This document shows positions 1-10,200 of a DNA stretch of 18,546 bases, piece after piece; position 1 is the stretch's first letter, and the number at the start of each line of letters is the position of its first letter. The notes under the pieces are model-generated. The model ran no database searches. It had not been told where the DNA came from and saw nothing but the letters and a program-made list of their open reading frames with translations. The translations under genes were made by a program, and so were the position numbers. Origin of the DNA: Ginkgo biloba (lineage: Eukaryota; Plantae; Ginkgophyta); assembly GCA_024626585.2 (NCBI GenBank), contig JANKJI020000002.1:260645063-260663608 (forward strand), in the 5' to 3' direction.

Positions 1-10
1 AATATTTGCA

Positions 11-105
11 TTTATAAATTAACATGGTATCAGAACTCTTTCAACTTATTTAAATTTAACATGGTATCAGAGCTATTTCAATTTATTTAATTTTAATGGT
101 ATCCA
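11..105 (+). repeat. About 3 tandem ~36-bp units, each with an LTR-end/tRNA-iMet PBS-like junction (AACA-TGGTATCAGAGC)
   Basis: TGGTATCAGA at 25-34, TGGTATCAGAGC at 62-73 and TGGTATC at 97-103, each preceded by an AT-rich ttatttaa-tttaa(c)a-like stretch. Confidence 0.75.
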
Positions 106-254
106 CCTAGATAAGATACTTGGATGTGCTATAAGAAGGTTTAGTATCATAAAAAATACCTTATGATATAGTCTATTACAAAGATAAGTACATATCCGAG
201 AGAACTTAATGCCTTTATGTTATTTTATCTATATCCAAATATTTTCCAAACAAG

Positions 255-1205
255 GATTTGGTTATTACTGCTGATGGCAGTAATGTACACTCATTGGGAT
301 CATCAGATACTAAATCAAATCGGATGCATCAGTTCATGTTTCAGACTGCAGAAGGTCAATCTGTCAATGTATCCACGACAGCCATGAAGCGGGCAATGAA
401 TCTTCTTGGGAATGAAATAAAGAGGGGTGCAACAGCGGTGGAGTCTGTGAATTCCAGTGGTAGCTTTCATTCACTAAGCGATCTTAAAACAGAAACCATT
501 GATTCTGTTGAACCACCTCCTTTACTGTTCCAAACTGCAGGAGGAAGATCTGTGTCCATTTCAAATGCTGCCATGAAACGAGCAATGAATCTGCTTGGTG
601 AAGCGGGTGGTCTATCTACTACTGGGATGGATGTACAAAGGATGAGTGGAGATTTCATGGATTCCTCTGCAAACCATTCTCTTAGAACAGTAAGACACTG
701 CAATGGAATTGTGTCAAACAAAGAAAATCTTCCTTATCCAGCTCACATCTCTCAAGTGGTATCTGTAGGGATAAATACTCCACCAGTGAAGCTATGCCAT
801 GTGGAATCGATGAATNNNNNNNNNNACAGATTCAATATTATCTTCCAAAGTTGTTGGTTTTGGCATCAGGGAGGCACCTATGCCTCTGAAATTTGTGCAC
901 AATGGTTCTTGTATGGATAATGATTTATCACATCGACAGGAACCTGTCAATTCCTGTTTCTCAGGAATTACAAAGAAGCCGGAGGCTTCCATGGTAAAAG
1001 AGACTGGTGCAAGAAAGTTGGGTAAACGAAAGGGCTGCGTCAGTCCTTTGGCTGAAATTTCAAACAAAACACCTGCTTATGACCTTGGTAACCATTGTCA
1101 GGGACTTGGTGCTAATTCTACTGTACATGGGTCCATATTGGGTAGCAAGAGAAGATCTGCTCTCTCCAGATATGCTTCTCCCTTTAAACAGCCACGCCGC
1201 TCTAG
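255..1205 (+). CDS. BRCA2: BRCA2 large exon with two BRC repeats and basic [10 protein letters not shown] segment (contains 10-N gap 816-825)
   Basis: The 258 ORF frame runs to the gap, then the 826/880 frame continues ([11 protein letters not shown]...[11 protein letters not shown]). Donor is AG|GTATGC at 1206. The 5' acceptor CAAG|GAT at 253-254 is inferred, with an in-frame TAA at 207-209 upstream, so the start boundary is less certain. Confidence 0.8.
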
Positions 1206-4200
1206 GTATGCTTTTTCTTGTCTTATTTTTTGAAAACATCGAGCAGGTCTTGCAGATGGTATCTGAAGACAACATTTTTTCCTATTCCCTTAGTCCTCAC
1301 TTTGTTCTCTACTGCAGGTTCTTATCTCCTTATGATACAAGCCTTACATGTGCTGCTGTGCAACCTGGTTTACCTGGTAATGCATTTAGAGAACAATGCA
1401 GAAGTTTCAAGTTTATTTTTGACAGTTCTAATTGTTTCTGCTTTTCCTCTTCAATTCTGGTACAAACATGACTGATCAATGTGAAATTGGATTTTGATAT
1501 ATAGTGCAATCCTTCCCTCAGGAAGTTACATGTGAAGTAAAGTTGCAATCTCTCTATCCATCTAACCGGAAAAGAAAGACAATGCAAGAGTATTTTGGGG
1601 GTCCCCCACATCATCAGCAAGCGGTACAGAAAATGAGAGCTTGTGGCTTGTGAATCTTTGATATGCTATGCTACTTGTATGTAGGCGCATTCTCCTTTTT
1701 GTTTGATCAAATGCAATCTGTATTATTTGCATGTGCACAGTTATGGTATTTGCCCAATGAGATTCAGTCCATGACTGCGGATGCTGCTCAACATTACAAA
1801 TTCATAGCCAAGTCCAAGTCAGGTGATGAGACTTACCAGTCGCAGGATTTTGGGAAATTGTTGCTTCAATCTGGAGCTGATCCACGATACACGACTACTG
1901 AGTAAGTTTTATCTTTCATATTTTACCATACTGGTTCATCATTTGTCATGCATCAAGCCCTTGGAATAGAGCATCTGATTGTCTTGAGTTTTTCTGAAGA
2001 GGCATTTGTTGAGCTTGGATTGCTGTGGTTAAGGAAATATGTTATGGGACACATTGGGCTCAATACTCTCCAATTCAGAAGTACATTCAGAAATCCCCTG
2101 GGAAGAAGTATTATACTTCCTAAACAGCAGAGACTGAATGACATGTATTGATACAGTGCATGGAATAAAAACAATTTGGCTTGACTTCATGTAGCTACCT
2201 GTAACTACATATCAAAGAATCATAGAGTTAGTGAAGCTGGAGCAATCAAACAAATTTGGATGTCATGTAAGCACTTGGCCATCACTCATGCAGCTGTAAG
2301 TGCTCATGTATGCTGTCTAAATGCAAAATTGTATGTTAAACAGTCAGCACTTTAGACAAACTGATTCTGAATGCTTTAAAAAATGCCACTTTGAAAGTTT
2401 CATGGTTAGTGAAGGATCTAATGGAAATGCCTCCAATTGCCAAAACGAAATGCTAAATCAAATACTACTCAAATGGATAGAGAAACAAATATCAATTGTC
2501 CCAATCAGGTATGCTGATGTTATCCCTTTTATTTCTCATTAAACTTCTTATTTCACAATCACACACCTGACAATATATCTGGCATGGACCCACATAACAA
2601 AAATTTATGACTCAATGGTCAATGGCTAAAGTTGCATGTCAACAATTAAGAATCTCATTAATATTTTAGGAGGGTATTGGTCAGATGGTAAGGGATTGTT
2701 AGAATTCCATAACGACAGCTTTTCTATCTGAATAAAAATGAAGGGCCAATGTTATTGACATGGAGCAAAAAATGATGCACCCAATGTATTAAAGAGAGGA
2801 AGGCTGGATTGGTGGAGATATAGTTCCCAGGCACAAACTGGGAAAGAAATTGCCTTTCTTCCAAGAGAACTAGGGCACAGGGTGCATATTGTTAATTGGA
2901 GAGCAGAGCCATGTGCTTGAACATGGCAGATAGCTGTTAGTCTTCACACAAACACAACTCAAATGCTGCGGAAATTGCGGAACATTTGTCTGCGATGGGT
3001 CAAGAATTGACCAAGATTAATTTTTGCTTGGATGCACCTAGAATTATTAAGTCAAAGCTCAAGGTTGATTTTTTTGTCCCAAAACCTATTCTGCAAGTAG
3101 TATACAAGACATAGGGCGAGTGAGGCAATGGCATCATAGATGGCCATGTGATTCACTATCTCATTCCACATTACATTATGTTACTTGTTCTTAAAGGACA
3201 AAATGGAAAATACAATGTTAAGAAATACACACAGCCGTATCCTAATACATAATCAACTTTACTATACTAAATCCTTATTGCAAGGTGCTCTTGCTTGATC
3301 TTGTGATTGCCAAACAAATAGTAGAACGGACTTGTGGCCTCACCAGCACATGCTAGGGGAAGAATAAGCACATCTAGATGAATTGTATGGAGATCATTTC
3401 TTCTCCAAGTTGGATCTACGGTTAGGATACCATCAAATTTGGCTACGAGAAGAGCATATTCTAAAGACAACCTTTAGAATTCACAAGGGGCATTATGAGT
3501 TTCTAGTGATGTTGTTTGGCCTTGCAANNNNNNNNNNNNNNNNNNNNNNNNNNNNNNNNNNNNNNNNNNNNNNNNNNNNNNNNNNNNNNNNNNNNNNNNN
3601 NNNNNNNNNNNNNNNNNNNNNNNNNNNGATCTACGAATTTGCCATGACCCCTGTGACCTTCTACAGACGTTGTTCATTGCTTCCCAAGTGCGCAAAATCT
3701 TCTCTCATGCATCGGGTGTGTTCTTCCAAGGGTGACTGATTTTCCACTTCTACAAGCGCTTTGGGTGTGTTTCTTCCAACTTTCCACAGCATGATGCTCC
3801 TCTTGCGACGACTGTTCACACAACTTCGAATGGTTCTGGTGTTTTTCTTCTTGCTCCACTGAATCTTCACAGACTTGGGCATTTTCTCCAAATTGTTCTC
3901 TCTCAATGAATTGACGTCTAGGTTTCCTCTGCCACATATTTCCTTACAAGGTGGCTTTCATACTCTTTCTTTTACCCACAAACTTCTCTGTCCACGAATT
4001 GCTAAAGCGTGTTCTTACGTATAAATCCTTTGAATGAAACATAAGGGCATCAACGTATCTCACGAAATTCGCAAACGCTTCCATAACGATTTTTGAAATT
4101 GCCTTAGGGTTTTCCACAAATTTGCCTTAGGGTTTGAATTCGATTTCAAAATTGCAACTTTGATCAACCGAAGGTTTTGAAACCCTTACGCTTTCACCAC

Positions 4201-7200
4201 GAAAATAATTTTTTGAACCTTGAATTTGCTCTTGCCTTGCTTTGATACCACATGAGAGGACATGATCATGGGTAGATTTTGAGTTATCAATAGAGGAACA
4301 CAAAACACTAGATGATTTCCCAGGTAGAATTGGTCTACCGCAAGGTTTTCTTCATTAATATGAAAGTTGTAGTACAATGGAATTGATCCAATATAATGCG
4401 ATGATAGTACAATAGGTACGGGTTCCATAAATAGACGCCCAAAGAATAACTATCTCATAACTTACTTTGGAAGTTATGATTAGTAACTAATTATGGCATT
4501 AATTACATGATTACATCATAATGACATAATTACATGAAACATTAATGTTATAATGAATAAACGTAAAAGGAATAATGAAATAACATTAATTATTTCAACA
4601 ATTAGCCGCCATAAGAACAAAAATTGAAGATGATGAAGTTGTAGCACTTGCACTNNNNNNNNNNNNNNNNNNNNNNNNNNNNNNNNNNNNNNNNNNNNNN
4701 NNNNNNNNNNNNNNNNNNNNNNNNNNNNNNNNNNNNNNNNNNNNNNNNNNNNNNTAATAGACCCTTCCGTGATCCTGTTATCACAATTTCTTGAATTTTC
4801 GTTACCCATTTAAAGAAATCTTTGTTGTTGAAGTAGCTAAAAATGTGTGCTCGAACGATTCTTTATTCGGCTTGTACTCTAGTCCACAATTGGCTTGCCT
4901 TAGCATTAGCCTTCTATGAGGAGTGTTATTAAGTTTTCGAAAATATTTACTAGGCAACGCCATTATGGAATAAGGCAAAATTGGTCCCAACTCTCCTCTA
5001 TAGAACCTCAAGTATTTTGTACATTTTTGCACTTATGCAGTCCCCCTAAATATGATCTTTGCAAGGAATTGGGTCCATGATGTCAATGCCTCGTCAATAT
5101 CTACCCTTTATGAGTTGAAGATCAATCTCATGGTAGAAATCTTGGAACGACCAAATTTTGTTCTTGCATCTTTTGAAACTTGCACTTGAAGAATATGAAG
5201 TTGATTTTCTTGATTGTTTTTGCGAAACTCCATAAATGATGGTTTGTGGCTATGAAAGGTTTTTAGTTAAGGGCTTTATGTAATTAATTTATAATACATA
5301 CGAGATTTTCCTGGCTATATTGTTCCTTTATTATTGTGAAAACTCATGGGTTAATTTATGAGAATAATCTAAGGACCATGGTCACCATGTTAGAACATTT
5401 TATGTTTATTTGTTGTACATTAATGTCCCTAAGTGTAAATGTAAATGCAAATGTAATTAATTATTAATTATGTAAATTAATCATTGAATAACTTCCTAAG
5501 GAAGTTATTCAGGAGGAAAGTCTTTAAATAGACCCCCGTACCCATTGTATCATCTTAAGATTTTGAGATATTCAAAAATTAAAAAAGAGAGGTAAACCAA
5601 TTCTACCCGAATTTTGTGTTCTTGTGTTGTTTGTCTTGAATCCTGATCTTGGTTTTCACATTTGGTATCAGAGATGGAGTCTCGAAGAAGGAGTCATCCA
5701 AACCTAAGAGGATTCAAAGAGAATTATTTTCTTTTGGGATAAACCCTTGAGTAAGAGAAGAACATAAGGAAAGGGGATAAAACCCTAGATTAAATTTATT
5801 GTAGTATTGTAAGGATATGTACAATTTGTTATAGGTAATAAAAACCCTAGGGAATGAGTTATTGTGCTAGGGAGACAAGAAAACATATTTGGAAAGAATG
5901 TCAGCGAATCGAGAAGCCATAAAGAAAGATAATCATGTAGTTTTTAAAGAGGATGTTGATTTGCAGGCATGGGTGGGAGAAAAGAAAGAGAGAAGAATTG
6001 CTAGGATGTGTGTAGCAGAGAATAAGGATCAAAAATGTGTATAGAGATGCAGCAAACCAGAATAAACATGAAGCTGAGGAAAAATAAAACTCAGTGTTAC
6101 ACAAGGGAAAAGTTTTTTATAGTCATCAAATGTTAGGAACAAAGAAGATAGGTCATAGAGAAGGTTTGTTGATCCAACGATAGGGATTTACTAAATGATC
6201 TTAACCTATGTGAATAGAGTTGTGCAAATNNNNNNNNNNNNNNNNNNNNNNNNNNNNNNNNNNNNNNNNNNNNNNNNNNNNNNNNNNNNNNNNNNNNNNN
6301 NNNNNNNNNNNNNNNNNNNNNNNNNNNNNTCGGATAAATCCTCAAGCGAGTAGAGAATCTAAAGAACGGGGATAAAACCCTAGTTAGAATTTGTTGCAGT
6401 GTCGTGCGTTACAGTGTGTAGAGAGGAAAACAGGAAGAGCATTGTAAGATCAATCTTGTGCGGAGGAAAGGATGTAGGACAAGAAATTGTAATGCTTGAG
6501 ACGAAGGGCTGTAGTAGTGGAAAACGTTTTGAAAGAATTGATCGTCGATTGGAGGAAAAGCTTGAGTTTGAACAAACAGAGAAACAAAGGTGTGGATGGT
6601 GAAGAAAAACTTGCGTTGAAGGAAGAACACCAAGGAAAACGTGAATGTGCAGTGAAGATGCAGAGAGAAGTCATCGTGTGCCCAAAGAGAGGAGACGTAG
6701 AAGTCGTCTGAGTTTTTGTTCTTGTAGGATCATGAAGAAGAAACGAGTTGAAGAAAGGCCGCACCAAATGAAAGAACATTGCTACTGGTGAAAGAAGTTG
6801 TAAGACCCTCATAGAAATTGTGTTCGAAGAACTCGGACAGAGCCACTAGGAGCGGAGGAATGCCGTGGGAGAATTTGTAGGGATCTGAACTTGGCGACAA
6901 ACACATAGAAATTAGTGGCAGATTCAAGTTGAAGACGATTCAAATGCAATTGATTGAAATTACGTTGAAAGTTTTTCAAATCGAGTGAAATCGTGGAGCA
7001 TAGGTCATCATTTGGAATTTAAAACTTTAGAGATTTAATAAAGTTTTTGACTAGTCTTTGCCCACTAGCGATCAAGTTGAGTTATTTTTGTAAAAAGGGC
7101 TTTTTGAGCCCTAAAACAATTTTGAGAAAATTTAAAAAATTCTAGAAAAATATTGTAAAACTCTGTTGAGCATTTAAGGCTATTCGTAACCCTTGTACTG

Positions 7201-10200
7201 CTCAAAATGAATAAAATAATTAGTTTTTGTTGTGGGCGAGGACTATTCTAAGTCCTCAATGGTGCTTGTGGTGTGTTTGTGAGCACTTGGAGCAGAATGT
7301 TCATTTTCTTTTGTTTGTGTGAGCCAATCTCACTAAATAGTAAATTCTTTTCATTATGGCATCAATCAGTGGTAATGTCTTAAGTGCACTCACAAAAAAA
7401 CTTGTTGGTGTTGAAAATGATGGCATGTGGCAACATTAGAGTAGAAAATGATTGACGTTGAATGATCTCTAGTCGTTTGGGGATGGAACTACGGTGAGAG
7501 ACCGAATGGCACCAAGGTGCAAGCAGAAAATGATGCGAGACGTAGGGTTACTCTTGCCCTAATTAATTTATCGGTGAGCAAGAACATAATTGAGAATGTG
7601 TAGGATGCTACCACTTTGAAGGAATCATGTGACACCATTACAAATTTGTATGAAACAAAGAATGATGGCAGAGCCCTTATGCTTTGTGAGCAAGTTTCTT
7701 GATTGAAGCTTGGAGATGGTATTGTGATAGATCGCCTNNNNNNNNNNNNNNNNNNNNNNNNNNNNNNNNNNNNNNNNNNNNNNNNNNNNNNNNNNNNNNN
7801 CCGTTGTCAAACAAGGCGTTTATATCCTCAATAATGAAGAGTTTACCCAAGGCCTATGAGAGTTTTAAGACCAATTTGGTAATCTGTGGCAAATTGAAGA
7901 CTCCCACTTTCAATGAGTTGGGAGGCTTGTTATTGCAATGGGAGTAGCCATTGAAGGAAATTGAGGAAGGTGAATCATTTGGGGTGTACACAACCAAATT
8001 CAAAGAGAAAAAGCCATTTGTCCCTAAGAAACGTATGCACCCAAGAAGATGGATGACTCCAATGCTTGGAAGGAGGGTTTAAAGATGGGATCGAGCAAAC
8101 CCAAGTGTTACTATTGTGGCAAGCTTGGTCATTGCAAGAAGGATTATTGGAAGAGATAGTTTGACTTGTAGAGCAAGAGGCAAGCTGGCAATTATGCTCG
8201 AAAGGAGAAGGACAAGCAATTGTTTATTGTTGCATATCAGACGAAGCATGAAGTTGAAGATGTTTGGTACATTGATTTTGGAGCCTCTCAACATATGGCA
8301 TGAAAAAATGAGTTGTTCAGAAGCATGAAGGAATCCTTTAGTGATAGTGTCAAACTTGGTGACAATAGAACCTTTATAGTGGAAGGAGTAGGCGAAGTTC
8401 GAATGGTAATGCCTGATGGCAAAAGGACATACATTAGTGATGTGGCTTATGTTCTTGGATTGTAGAAGAACTTGATCTCAGTGAGCCAAATTGTGAAGAA
8501 CATGCCGGTTCAATTCTTGAACGAAAATGTATAATCAAAGACAAGAAGAACAATGTAATAGCTGTAGGTACTAAGAGTGGGGGCCTTTACAAATTGAAGG
8601 CAAAACTTGCTAAGTTGAAAGCCTTGTATTCTGATGTTTCTTCTAAGGAACAAGTATGGTATGAGCAAATGGGCCATTTGAATTACTCCAGTCTCCAGTC
8701 GATGTTCAGATTGAATATGGTGAAAGGTTTTCCTAAGATAGATGTAGATAAATTTTTGTGTGAGGTTTGCATCATGGGTAAACATCATAGAGATAAATTT
8801 GAGAGNNNNNNNNNNNNNNNNNNNNNNNNNNNNNNNNNNNNNNNNNNNNNNNNNNNNNNNNNNNNNNNNNNNNNNNNNNNNNNNNNNNNNNNNNNNNNNN
8901 NNNNNAGAATCTTTTATGGAGCATTTTCTCATTAATGACTTTTGAACTTAGGTGATTCCTTTGTGACATTGTGAACATTATATTACGACCTATTTGCCTT
9001 TGTTATGTGGCATATTCATTATATGGTACATGATTCATGTGTATGTTGTTGTATTTGCACGGTTTATATCAATTCATGTGATTTTTGAGCAGTGTAAACC
9101 ATTTGGGTTGCTGTAGTATTCACGTTATAAAAGTCATACCATTGTTCTAAAATAGGAATTACTCCTTCATTTGGATTCTTATTGCAAATGTGACCTTGTT
9201 GATTATAAGTAGGAGGACAATAGATTTCATGTTTGGGACTGTGACTACTATCCATAGTTTAGCAATTTCAACCCTTGTAACTTTTGGTGATTAGATCATT
9301 TTGTTATTTTGGGAGAAATAATGATGCCAATTCTTATTGCAACCTTTCCACTTTTGAGTCTTGTGGTGGAGCAATATCACACTAGTATAGAAATGATTTT
9401 CACCAACCAATTGATTTTCACAAGTCATTGCCAAATTTTGCACATGTTGGTAAATATGTATAGCATGCAGTTAAACTGTATTTCAGACATGCAATAAAAG
9501 TCCTTGGACGAAGGTTTGAGTAGATAAGCGAGTGATGGTATGTATCCCAGTCAAAACTTATTGAGTTGTATCTACATTCTTCTATTGTAATATTTGATAG
9601 ACTAGCCTTTATGTTGATGGAGTTCATGTAAGGCTTGGAATATGGTTAGAGGATTGTTTAAATGTTGGAAGTTGTCCAAGAACAAAGCCTAAATTTCGTC
9701 CTAGGTAGGATTATTGATAGTGATGTATTGGTATCGTGCCATGGTTGGCCCATGAAATGCACTAAATAAACGAGCCTTAATTTCTCTATTGTTGGTAAAG
9801 TTTTTAAACCATAAATATTCTTATTAAAGCTAAGTGAACAATAGTTTCATTGATATAGTGTCTGTTGGTGAATGCTTGGTCATCTTGAATGAGTATATAC
9901 AATTGCTGCTTTCCATTGTTGTTGTAAGCATTATTATTATTATTATTGTCGCTACTAGGGCCATGATTATTATTTTCCATGGCTGTGAGTAATGTGTTTC
10001 ATTATATGATAAGGGAGTAGTCTGTTCATAAATAATGGATTCAAAAGTTAAATCTTTAATTTGTGACTCAAAATCACTATTATATTATTTGTTGCTAGGT
10101 TGCAGTCATGAATAATTAGAATATTGGTGCCAATTATCATCATTAGCCATGGGATCTTTGTTTGCCTTAGNNNNNNNNNNNNNNNNNNNNNNNNNNNNNN

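Noticed and set aside
258-1471. ORFs 258-920, 880-1233 and 1007-1471 as separate genes, or BRCA2 as a pseudogene
   Set aside because: Explained by one exon split by a placeholder gap plus read-through into introns. All downstream exons are intact and in phase.
2940-3373. Possible gag/linker remnants upstream of the gypsy RT fragment ([10 protein letters not shown]-like)
   Set aside because: Similarity is too weak and fragmentary to call without a profile search.
4755-5334. Possible third LTR (TAATAGACCC directly after the gap)
   Set aside because: No termini, PBS or PPT could be identified.
5488-5508. loxP-like look of ATAACTTC-ctaag-GAAGTTAT
   Set aside because: Only the outer 8 bp of each loxP arm match and the spacing is 5 nt instead of 18. 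It sits inside a plant LTR, so the resemblance is coincidental.
4104-6383. AAACCCTA/TAGGGTTT motifs as interstitial telomere
   Set aside because: These are isolated, non-tandem copies within retrotransposon leader regions, where such motifs are common.
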